Below the pieces are notes generated by a model, which had not been told where the DNA came from, searched no databases, and saw only the letters and a program-made list of their open reading frames with translations. Below are positions 50,996 through 62,635 of a stretch of 64,000 nucleotides of DNA, one piece after another. A program made the translations under genes and the position numbers. The stretch's first letter is position 1. Each line of letters opens with the position of its first letter. The DNA lies in NCBI RefSeq assembly GCF_006345805.1, contig NC_043009.1:72232472-72296471 (forward strand), given 5' to 3'. Source of the stretch: Octopus sinensis (taxonomy: Eukaryota).

Positions 50996-51350
50996 CTGAA
51001 AAAGATCACGAAAGAATATTTCAATATGATAAGCCTTATAATACAATACCGTGCAAAAGTCTTTGGTCACTTTAAACTATTGTAAATTTCTACTAATTGC
51101 CAAATTATAAGTGGATGATTTGCATTGCATTTCTTTACAGATGAAACACTGGCCTTGCTGGAGTCATTTCTATACCTAATCTTTTTATTTCATGGTAGTG
51201 GTTCTGAATTAGAGGGGAAGATGTGAGACAACCACCAAAAATGGCTGAGAAAAAGTTTTTGGACCCCTCACATAAACCAATCAAGATAGTGTTTTAAAAC
51301 GAAAAAATGTCTGTCATGAAAATATATTACATAACATAATTTATTACATA

Positions 51351-51778
51351 GGCAAAGGAGTGGCTGTGTGGTAAGTAGCTTGCTTACCAACCACATGGTT
51401 CCGGGTTCAGTCCTGCTGTGTGGCACCTTGGGCAAGTGTCTTCTACTATAGCCTCGGGCTGACCAAAGCCTTGTGAGTGGATTTGGTAGACGGAAACTGA
51501 AAGAAGCCCGTTCGTATATATATATATATATAATATTATATATATATATATAGTATGTATGTGTATAGTTTGTGTGTTTGTGTTTGTTCCCCTAACATCG
51601 CTTGACAACCGATGCTGGTATGTTTACATCCCTGTAACTTAGTGGTTCAGCAAAAGAGACTGATAGAATAAGTACTAGGCTTACAAAGAATAAGTCCTGG
51701 GGTCGATTTGCTCAACTAAAGGTGGTGCTCCAGTACACCCACAGTCAGATGACTGAAACAAGTAAAAGAGTAAGAGTA
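51351..51778 (+). mobile_element. OR-type CORE-like SINE
   Basis: Near-identical to 25278-25695. Confidence 0.88.
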
Positions 51779-51789
51779 ACGTTCTCTTC

Positions 51790-52070
51790 AAGAAGTTACT
51801 GTACGTTGTTAATATTTCTTGTGGCTTCCTTAGTTTGAAGAAGAGCTTCAATGCACCTGTGGTGAGATGCATACAAATCCTTTCCCATCTTCACAGGTCT
51901 GAGATACCATTCCCTGTGGCTGAGCTCCTACAACTCTTCAAGTTTGCATGAACTCTTCTCTTTAGTTCTATCCGCATTTGCTTGAAGATATTTAAGTTAG
52001 GGCTCTGAGCTGGCCAATCTTTCAATACGGTAACATTTTCATCAGTGGTCAAAATCCTTTCAAAACATAG
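51790..52070 (-). mobile_element. Tc1-like transposase C-terminal remnant
   Basis: VLKDWPAQSPNLNIFKQMRIELKRRV matches the WP.QSPDLNPIE..W..LKR.V motif. Confidence 0.75.
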
Positions 52071-52839
52071 ACGAAAGAATGAACACAAATAAATATACAA
52101 ACTATACAAAGTATCACCCTAAAAATGTATCACTTATCAATGCAGTCAATAAAACGCAACAGTTAATGGCTGTGGTGGCAGTACCAGATGACTTGTTGAC
52201 TTCAGGATCAATTAAGGAGAGTCATGCTTTAAATGAGATAAAATGGAAAATGTACGACCCATCCTTGACATCTGCTGAATAAAGAGCAAAATATTATCTG
52301 ACACACGTTTCGACAGCACTAATTGTTGGATACTGATATGCAATGAGATTTGTATTATTGGTACGATCTCTTGAGGGTGCATGAATTTGACACTGTATAA
52401 TATGACCAACTCTGAAACCCATCAAATAACCATGTGACTACAAAGAATGTAAAATCATTCAAAAGAAAAGTATTCTATAAATAACCACTTCTCAACAGAC
52501 GAAGGAATTCTACCAACTTCAACAAAAACTGTTACTGGTGCTGCTGAATTTTACACAAACAATCAGTTATGAAAAATACCTCATCGATGGACGTCAGGAT
52601 TTACTACTAATAACACCATGCCTAATTCAAAATGATAACGGAGGAAAATTCCTATTTCAATAGTGTCATATTTATTTATACGCCCTGAAGAGATTGTGCT
52701 AATAATGCATAAGTTGTTGTATGCAACAATATGCAATTAATGTGATCGAATCACATGTGTCAGAAAATTATTATGCATAAACCAACTGTTAAAAGAGATA
52801 AAAATAATTGAAGTGGATAATGACAGAACATTCATCTGC

Positions 52840-53130
52840 GGATCCATTGAGAGTTCTTTGGGCCTCCAAATATTGTTATGTCATTATTTTGCTGCTCTTA
52901 ACAAAATCATAAATCATGGCTTAGACACTTCAGGTTTCGCTTCTCAGTATGATCTAGCAGGGCTAGACCAAGGGGACAGTAAAAAGCCTGACGGTATGAC
53001 AGTTTTCCCACTCGGAGTCGGTAGGGCCTTTATATGGGAGGACAAATGCTGTGTCACCTTATACTTCAGCAGCTTGGTGTGTTTAGATACCAGCCCACAT
53101 AAAAGAAGCCCTTGCCGATGACGTGTGAAG
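52840..53130 (+). mobile_element. CRE-like non-LTR restriction-like endonuclease remnant
   Basis: AALNKII...GLDQGDSKKPDGMTVFP..VGRAFIWE matches H.ALNDII...GL.R.DGKRPDG.T.FPW..GR.L.WD. Confidence 0.65.
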
Positions 53131-53424
53131 ATAACTCTTGGTAGTAACCCATAAAAAGCATCTGAGCTGGTGACGCTTAAGGGACACTCAGTACCCTTTG
53201 TGGATTAGTTGGCATTAGAAACCAAGCCAGAACAAACGAATGGGACCTGTACCAGTTCTGCTTAACAGTTCCAGTTAAACCGTCTAACACAGCATAAATG
53301 AAAAGGGACATTAAATGATGATGGTGATGATGATGATGAGGAGGACGAGGAAGAAGGGGAGGTGGCAGGGGAAAGAAAATTGAAAACAACTATCAAATGA
53401 ATTCTATTAAAATTCTTCACTTAC

Positions 53425-53584
53425 AATTAACGTGAAAATGTTGATCTTCTCTGAATATTTCGCCAATAATGAAACTGCATGTCACATTTCCAGAATAATC
53501 CAATAAAGTTAATGTTGTGATGTTGCTGAAAGTTCTTCCATCAGAAGACTTGTTCTCACGGACATTGCTAAATTCCAAAAGTTT
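53425..53584 (-). CDS. Ig/multi-TM gene: second half of an Ig-like domain
   Basis: Acceptor tattttcctttctcAG, donor GTAAGT, 160 bp, phase 0-1, open. Translates KLLEFSNVRENKSSDGRTFSNITTLTLLDYSGNVTCSFIIGEIFREDQHFHVN. Confidence 0.65.
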
Positions 53585-53869
53585 CTGAGAAAGGAAAATA
53601 TGACGAATTACACAGGCGCAAGAGTATCTGTGTGGTAAGAAGCTTGCTTCGCAACCACATGTTTCCAGGTTTAGTTCCACTGAGGGGTAACTTGGGCAAG
53701 CGTCTTCCACTATACTCTTATGCCGACCAATGACTTGTGAAGGGATTTGATTGATGGAAACTAAAAGAAGCCCACCATGTGTATGTATATGTTTATATAT
53801 TAAATAAAACAGGATGACTATGATAAATTTTATTTACTGCATATACTTAATGTATATAAAGATAAACAT

Positions 53870-54161
53870 TGCCCTTTTCAAGTCTTGCCTGGTTTCCTGG
53901 TTTCTGTGGCGTATGTTCCCCTCCCCCCACTCAGCTGGACGGGACGCCAGTCCATCGCAGCGTTACTCAAGAAACAGGAAGAAGAGTGAGAGAAGGTTGT
54001 GTCGAAAGAGTACAACAGGGGTCGCCACCACTCCCTGCTGGAGCCTCGTGGTGCTTTAGGTGTTTTTGCTCAATAAACACACAACGCCGGTTGGGAATCG
54101 AAACCACGATCCTTCGACTGCGAGTCCACTGCCCTAACCACTGGGCCATTGTGCCTCCACA
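53870..54161 (-). mobile_element. tRNA-derived SINE
   Basis: Same family as 44850-45147. Confidence 0.85.
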
Positions 54162-54522
54162 CTTAATGTATATACTTTGTGTATTTCCCCAGGGCTGTCA
54201 CAGAGTGGGTATGAAACACCTCAGACGTTGACAGGTGAAACAACTCACCACCAATCCCATTTAGGAATGATGGACACAGCGTGTTTGATAATTTTTAGAG
54301 ATTATGTGCACCACCTGTACGCCTGTCTCCATCTCATGTGTTTCACGCCATGTCTGAGGTGTTTTAAAGCTTCTAAGTCCTTCTCAATTGGTAAAAATAA
54401 TCAAACTTTAAATCTCTGTAACTATTTTCGAAAATATTTCTGAAATAATTAAATCAAATTCAGTGCAAAGAATTCCTACAATATACCAAATTTGAAAATT
54501 CTCACTTAATTTTATAATTTTA

Positions 54523-56275
54523 CTAGCAGAGATACCCAGCGGTTGTCCCGGTTACATTCAATAGAAGAATTATTTTTTTTCTGTTATATAATATATATAT
54601 ATATAGTATATATATATATATATGGATACCACACACACACACACACACACACAAAATATATGTATATTAATATAAAATACATGAAAGTACATGAAGTTTG
54701 TTAAAAAAAAGGGGATCGTGTATATACCTCCTGGCTGTTGAGATTATAACACCTCGTTGTAAACAATGTTCCTTGTTTTTCCTTGTGGAGCATATACAAA
54801 AAGGTTCTTTTGGTTCCTACTCTTGAGCAGCCAACATACAGTTGCCTATGCGAGAAGAGCAGGGCTCTTCCAAGAGAAGACCAGCTACAGAGGGGTTTGA
54901 CCCTGAGATTTGTTAATGGACATGGCAAAGCTGACACGAAGGGAGAATTGCAGTCTTCTGAATGTAAATGGAATTTCTGCTCCTGATGGAGTAAGAAGAA
55001 ATCTGGAATAAAGACGTCATCACCTTTTCCACATCCAGAAAGAATGATCGCCTTGATAACGTGTGAGTGATATCATTTTCTTTATCACCAGTCGTGTTCC
55101 ATTGCAAAGTGTTGGTGGTTCCAGATTGCGGAGTAGCATTACAGGAGTTCCAACTTTAAGTGGTGATATGTGTGGAGGTAGTCGAGGAGGCTCCAGTGAA
55201 TTGAGAAATCCGAGGAGTTAGTACAACTTCATTTATATCCGGAATTGTATCAACAGACTTGTAAGTGTGTATAGTGCCGGGAAGAGAATGCATTAGCTGT
55301 TGATTAATTTGTTAACAGTGACGTTTTTGGAGCTAATATTGCTCTTCACACAGCCAATTGTGATTTGGTAGTTTTGTGTGAAGCTGGGAAAGACTTTGTA
55401 TTTGAGGTCATCTAGAATTAACAACAGAGGAAAATGACCACACTTCCATTGTCCTGCAGCATCGAGAGGCATCTTGCCTTCACAAGTGTCAAAATGTCCT
55501 GTGCAAACTTTGTGGACATTTGTCGCCGTGTAGCTGAGCTCTCATGTTAGTGGTGAGACTAAAGATTGTAACATGATGCCACAGGGTAGAGGGACTTTAG
55601 GCATGCTTGAACTTCATCAGCTCTAGTGTCTTTCGGAATGACAGGAAGAGTTTGCCTGAAATCACTGACAACAGAAGCGTTTACACCTCCCATTGGAGCC
55701 TGACAGTCTCGGATGTCTTTCAGGGCTCTATCTAATGCTCCAAGCTCCCTTGTGAGCCATAGTGCACTCATCCCAGACAATTACATAAACACATTTAAGT
55801 ACTTGTCCCTGATCAGAGCTTTTGTTGATGTTGCATGAATGCATTTCGGATGCTTGCTAATTGAGAGGGAGTTTAAAAGTTGAGTGTGCTGTCCTGCCAC
55901 CGTGTAACAAAGTAGCTGCAATGTCAGAGGAGGCTACAGCTACTGCAATGTCCTGATGCTACCTAACTTCTGCAAGGAGAAGCTTTGTAATAAATGTTTT
56001 TCCTGTCCCTCCAGGAGCATCGAGGAAGAAGATTCGTCCCTCGCGTTGGCGTACACTGTTAAGAATAGTTCTGTAGGCTGCAGCTGGTCCGGAAGTAATT
56101 AGGCTCATTTTCAACAATGTACTTTGAAAGCACTTGAGTGTCGTAGGTTGTTTCACGAATGACAGCAGTGTGGGAAGGCTATTTGACCCTGACCTGAATG
56201 CTTGTGGCAGGCCATACGTCGACAATTCATTTCCACCCAGTTTAGCAATTCTGTCTTCAACGTCAATGAGTGTTT
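54523..56275 (-). mobile_element. Helitron 3' portion with degraded PIF1-type helicase
   Basis: FFLDAPGGTGKTF (Walker A), DFRQTLPVI, INKSQGQT and FSHRQLYVGCSRV. The terminus on - is a GC-rich imperfect palindrome ccgggacaaccgctggg followed by CTAG|T at 54526-54522. Confidence 0.88.
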
Positions 56276-57194
56276 GTTATAGATTTAATTGAGATACCCT
56301 CCATGTCAGGATAGAGCAGTTGAGCTTGGTGCTGAAGGGGACAATGTTTTTAGATTCCGGTTCGAATGTAAGGCAGGTTTGAAAGTGTTCCCAACAGTTA
56401 TTAGTTGTAGTGTGTAGAGTGTTTATGCCGAATATGTGTATGCATGTATATATGTATGTATGCCTGTATATATGTACAAAGTCCACTGAGAAGGCTTTTG
56501 TTGGTCTGAAGCTACAGCAGAAGACACATGCCAAGTCACCACACAGTGGGACTGAAACCAGGACCATGTGTTTGGAACGTAGTTTGTTACCACACAGTAT
56601 GTGTGTGGTGTGTGTGCGTATGTGTGTATGGGTAGATATATTATGCATGTATATATGTGTATAATATGTGTACATATTACATGTACATCTATATATATAC
56701 ATCTACACATAAAATACAAAATACAAAGTTATATCTTGATATTGCTAGTGATAACAATACTCAAAATATATAACAGACTGGAATTGTAGGCCCATCTCTT
56801 GCAATTACGATCAATTGGATCTTGTCCTCCCTCTTATATAGAAGTGTACGGCTGCAGCGAAATTCATTTTTGGACTTTCTTCTATCGAAGGCATTTTAAC
56901 AAAAATGCTTCTGTAAAGACGGTGAAAATATTGTCAATTTTCCCAAACAGGGACACAATTCAATTTTTAAACAATAACCAAAGCCCCTTCTCCGAAAGGG
57001 GGAGGGTTACGGTTTACAATTATTTAACAAATGCAACACAACAACATTTCCCTGACGAGGAACCAACAAACGTGATTACAATAGTCAAACAGTAATAATA
57101 ATAACAACAAACCTTTTTAATTTATCCCCATTTATGTGAAACCACTTATTCAAGTTCAAGTCATTGATGCAATTTTATACGAATTGCTAATACA

Positions 57195-57244
<50 letters not shown>

Positions 57245-57732
57245 AGGGTGAAAAATTGATTATTAATTTGATTAATATGAATTGAAAACCAGTGGTGTAG
57301 CATATAAGACCATAGCGGATCTTCTTCTAGTAAAAAGGATGACCACTATTAATGGCTCATCCCTGTTATATAACACTTTCACTTTAATAGTTTCCCACTT
57401 GCAAAGAGAAAGTAGGAGAAAGTGTGGTGGTAATAGCAGGAGTAAACCACTTGAAATGAGAGAGGAAAATCGTAAAATATTGAGTTTTTTCGAATTTTTG
57501 CTTAATTGGGGGTCAAATTGAAAGAACTTTATATGCCATGACCCAATCGAATCTACTTTGAAAAATCATAGGTAAATTCCAATTGAAGAAATTCTATATT
57601 GTAGAATTGTATTAAAAAGGAACATGGGAACAGGCAGAGAAAATCTGCCTTTTATCATAAGAGATGAATTGTGAACAAGACAGAAAATATGTGCCATATA
57701 GAAAGAAATAAAACAATATTCCATTGACTTAC

Positions 57733-57830
57733 ATTTCCATCGAAACACTCGATTGATGTGAGAGGAAGGGAATTCCTCGCTATTATTTTGTATTCGCAGC
57801 TTCTGTTTGTGATTTCAATTTTCGGTTTCA
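57733..57830 (-). CDS. Ig/multi-TM gene: first half of an Ig-like domain
   Basis: Acceptor catatattacAG, donor GTAAGT, 98 bp, phase 1-0, open. Translates KPKIEITNRSCEYKIIARNSLPLTSIECFDGN. Confidence 0.6.
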
Positions 57831-58030
57831 CTGTAATATATGTTACAAACATGCTTATGAACTGTAAAGAGAGTTGATACCGTTTACAAATAATGTCGTC
57901 TCTATTTTCTGTTTTTTATTGTCTTTTATGTGATTCAGATATTTGACTGCAGCCATATGGGACATTTGAAAAAATTTAGTTGAAGAAATAAAATCCAATC
58001 CTATGTACCTATATATGTATGTGAGTGTAT

Positions 58031-61000
58031 ATTGATTGATTCTAGTTTCAGCTCACGAGCTGTGGCCATGCTGGGGCACCGCCATTTGGTGTTGCTACAT
58101 GGTTTTACTTCACGAATGCTTTTTAGCAACTGCCATTTGGTGCAGTTCGATGCAGAGAGTTCGATGCAGCTGCCCTCATCTGCACCTCCTGCCGTGAAGT
58201 TGGTTCATCTGGGATACCTGACAAGAAGAGATCCAGTTTCATTTTAAAAACATCTGCATCCACCCCATGCAGGTTTCTTAGGTCCTTCGGGAGGATATTG
58301 AAGAGCTGTGGGCCTCGGAAGCCCAGGCTATCACAGTATCTTGTCCTACATCTTGATGGCAAATTTGGAGTCCAAGGCACCACGCAGTAGCGCCCAGTTC
58401 TGGCATTTGTGTAACTCTCGATGCCAAAGTTTGGGACAAGTCCTTCCAGGATCTTCCAGATGTATATTATGGCATATCTTTCTTGCCTACGCTCCAAGGA
58501 ATAGAGTTTTAATCTCTTGAGTCTTTCCCAGTAGCTTACATTCCGCACAGAGGCTATCTTCTTCGTGTAGCTACGTTGGATCGCCTCAAGTTCTGTGATC
58601 AACTTGACACTGGATGGTGACCATAGCTGAGAGCAATAGTCAAAGTGGCTTAGGACAAGTGTCCTCCAGAGGACCATCATGGTTTCTTGTTCTCCTGTTC
58701 TAAAGGTTCTGAGAATCCATCCGGCCAGTCGTCTACATTTCATTGCCAATTTAGCAACATGTACACGAAAGGTTGCGTCATCACTCACGTAAATACCCAG
58801 GTCACACACTGATTGTGCCTCTGGGATTGCAATTCCTCCGGGTCCAGTGTATTCATTGGGTATTGCATTTAGTTTTGCATGCTGATAGCATAAAGCTTGA
58901 AACTTTTCAGCATTGAACTGCATGCTATTCTTTTCAGCCCACTTGTATATTTTGTCCAGCTCACATTGCAGGCGTTTAGTGTCCTCAGGGTTCTGTATTG
59001 CCTGTGAAACTTTTGTATTATCTGCATAACTTTTGATCGTGGCTCTCTGCATGGCTGAGGGCATGTCTGAGAGGGCCATTATGAACAGTAGTGGTCCCAA
59101 AACAGTGCCCTGCGGAACACCGCTCACTATTTGCGTGTTAATGGAAGTGGCCCCATTGGCTACTACCACCTGACTTCTATCTTTCAGAAAGTCATGAAGC
59201 CATTCTCCCAGTTTTCCAACTATGCTAAGATCACGCAGTTTGTGACATATCATTCCATGATCGACTTTATCAAAGGCCTTTGCAAAGTCGAGATATATGA
59301 CTTCCACATTTGAGTGGTTGAGCAGTCATTTCAGCACCCAGTCATAGTGTTGTAGGAGCTGAGTTAAGCAGCTTCTTCCTGGTCGGAAACCATGTTGGGT
59401 GTCAGGCAGCAAGTCATTTTCTTCAAGGAAGGTGATCAGTTTCCTTCTGACTATTCGTTCCATGACCTGCTGATGTGTGAGGTCAGAGAGATAGGTCTGT
59501 AGTTCTTGGCCTCCGCTCTGCTACCATATTTTACCTTCCTTCAGTTTTCTTGGAAGTTTGCCAGCTGCAAGGAAGCTCTGAAAGAGGAACTGCAGTGGTC
59601 TTGCTAGGACTCTCTTACATACTTTTAGGAGGATTGCCGGGAATCCATCGGGGCCAGTAGCTGAGTCTGTTTTCATTTCATCTATAGCCTTTATTACATC
59701 GTCTTCCTTTATATCCATGTAATCTATCGTCGCCGCCTCTGATTTTATATCTGCAGTGGTAAAGAAGTCAGTTGGATTGGTGATTTGGAAATGCCCAAGG
59801 GGTGGAGTGAAACACTCTTGAATTGCTCATTCAGTATTTCACTTACCCTCATTGGTTTTCCTGTGAGTGTGCCATCCTTTTCAACGAGTGGCCCTATCTA
59901 CAGTGCACCGTAGCTGTTTCTTTGGCATACCTGTAGAAAGCTCTGGGGTTAGATTTTATGTTGTCTATAGCCCAGGCTTCTTTGTCTGCTCTTTCCTTTC
60001 ATGGGAGAGTTGCAGACATTTTTCAATTTCCAACAGTTTTATTCTCAGGCGGGCTTTTCACTGCTTTCAATTTGTTTGTTTAGGCGATTTGAAATTTTTG
60101 TACGCCGTCTCATTAAAATTTTCCTCTCTCTGGGGATTTTGTTCTTGTGTACAGTGGCCTTTCTCTCTGGGACACATTTGTAGCATATGGCTTGCATTAC
60201 AGACATGAATTGTTGAAGTTTCACGTCGATGTCTGGCGAGGAGAGACATTCAGGCCAGTTTTGTTTGAGAATCTCTTTCTCAATTTGTTTCCAGTTTGCC
60301 TTATGGAAGTTCAAGCTAGAAAGATTCTGAGGGTTTCTTGTAGGCTGCCTGTCCATGCTTTCCTTTGGCCCGTACATGGTTGACTCTACCATGTTGTGAT
60401 CCGAGAGTAGTGTCGGTGTCACTTTCACATAATGGATGAGATCCATATTATTTGTGAAGCAGAGATCCAGTGTGTTACCTGCCCTGGTTGGTTGGAGTAT
60501 TACTTGCTCCATGTACAGGGTGTTGATGAGGTTCAGGAGGGACGTCGCCTGTCCTCGTTCACATCTTGTCATTCCTGGGAGAGAAAGGCCCTCGGGCCAT
60601 CTGACATTGGGTAGATTGAAGTCTCCCATAAGTACACTTATGTGTTGTTCTAATGTGATTAGAACTTCTATTTTTATAAGGCAGTCTTCAAACTTGCCTA
60701 CATGGCTTGGGGCATCTGGAGGGCGATATGTAGCACACACAACTACATCAAGTTGCCTTATATGTACAATTAGTGTGTCACACACCGAGTTTGAGTATGA
60801 CAAAAGGACTTGGGGGTGTGATGAGGTCCTCACGGATGTACATAGCAACTCCTCCATGACTCCTTCTTTTCTGTCGGTCAGTAGTACAACATACCGTGGT
60901 ATGTGTAATTCCGCATCTGCTATGTCCGGTTTCAGGTGCGTTTCCGTAAGTGCTATGCATAAGGCTTGATTGCATGCAACAAAATCTCAAGAACGGGATT

Positions 61001-61930
61001 TTTGTCCTGTTACTGAGTGTTTGCAGTCCTCTGATGTTCAGTAGGAGAATCGAGGTGAGGTGTATACTGTTGCCGGCGGTGTCACCTTGGTCTATTTGCT
61101 GTGGTGGTCTTGTATATTGTGGGTAGTCCCATCTGCGAGCTTGGGTTTGATGAAGCCAGGTTAGCTGCTGTACAATCTTTTGTGCCATGCACAAAAAAGA
61201 TTCTTGTTCAGCAGCTGCCTTTCAACAACATCATGTTGGCAGTTTTGTGCACGCACCACATCTGCGTACCTCCATTTTGGGGCAGGTGGTGCGTGGGTCC
61301 ATCCCTTTCCTTTGTTAGTTGTTTATGATCTGTTTCGTGTCTCTGCGGCAGGGTCCCCGATGTACAAAACGGCAGCCTGCACCTTCCTCTCCATGCCAGC
61401 AGGTACCTCTCAGGTAGAACCTACACACCCATGTGCGCTGTTTGTTTCCATTTTTGGTATAGGATAGTCAGTTTTACTTCTATCTTGGCTGTTTCATTTT
61501 TTGGTTTTGTTTGAGTTTTTCTTTTAGTTTTTCCTCCTTTTATTCTTCTTTGGGTTCTCATCTCCATGGCTTTTGGTGCTGGTAGGAGCACTTGCACTTG
61601 GGTTTCCTTCCGGGCAGGTTTCTTCACTTGAAACTCTCCCGGGTGTCTACTAGGTGAAGGTGACTTCTTCATCAGCACCCGTGTCTCTATCCTTGCCATC
61701 TTTACTTTGTTCGTTCTCAAAGATGGCATCAAGCGTGCCAATGTGAGATCTCATAAGTGCATAGGAGCGTATAAACTCCTGCTTCTTCCGCTCTATCTGA
61801 GCTATTGTCCTTTTATAACTACTGCTCTTCAGCGCAGCTGTAATTATATTGTTAGGATTATCTCCATCGGCGCATTTCGTCACGTCTCCAGGTTCTGGAC
61901 ATGTTGGATATTTTATTTATTATCTATCTA
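58031..61930 (-). mobile_element. Near full-length CR1-group LINE (ORF1 + APE/RT ORF2, frameshifted)
   Basis: LLNIRGL, YRPP, MGDFNLP, PTRAGNTLDLCF, SDHN, SATGPDG, YLDFAKAFDKVDH, GVPQGTVLGPLLF, YADN and YCSQLWSP; (AATC)n tail at 58031; ORF1 fragments at about 61100-61883. Confidence 0.9.
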
Positions 61931-61939
61931 ATTATGTTT

Positions 61940-61980
61940 ATACATACATACATAAAACATACATACAGACTAATACACAC

Positions 61981-62011
<31 letters not shown>

Positions 62012-62313
62012 ATACAATATATCTATAGACATATATATATATTTAAATATATATATATTAAATACATATATATATATATATATACAGACATATATATATA
62101 TATATACATACATAGATATATATAACATATATATATATATACCCAATATATCTATAGACATATTCATTATATATTATATAATATATTTATATTACACTAT
62201 ATAATATACATATATATATATATATTATAAATATATATATAAATATATACATATATATATATAATATACATATTATATATATATATATATCAGATATTAA
62301 TAACATATATATA

Positions 62314-62380
<67 letters not shown>

Positions 62381-62635
62381 TTATATATATATATCCATAT
62401 ATATATATATATTATATATCTATAAATATAATATATATAATATATACATTATATATATAATATATATATATATATATAATATATACATATATATATCTAT
62501 ATAACATATATATATATATTATAATATATATAATATATATACATAATATATATATAATATACATATAATATATATATATAATATATACACACATAATATA
62601 TATATACTACATATATATATATATTATACATATAT
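61940..62635. repeat. About 700 bp degenerate (TA)n microsatellite
   Basis: Direct inspection. Confidence 0.95.

Noticed and set aside
52212-52274. Good minus-strand acceptor (ttgctctttattcAG) between the Ig and TM exons
   Set aside because: All three frames stop within about 20 codons and no convincing donor follows.
51042-52396. Full Tc1 element bounded by TA-CAATACCG and CACTG-TA
   Set aside because: The two ends are not convincing inverted repeats of each other; only the transposase remnant is reported.
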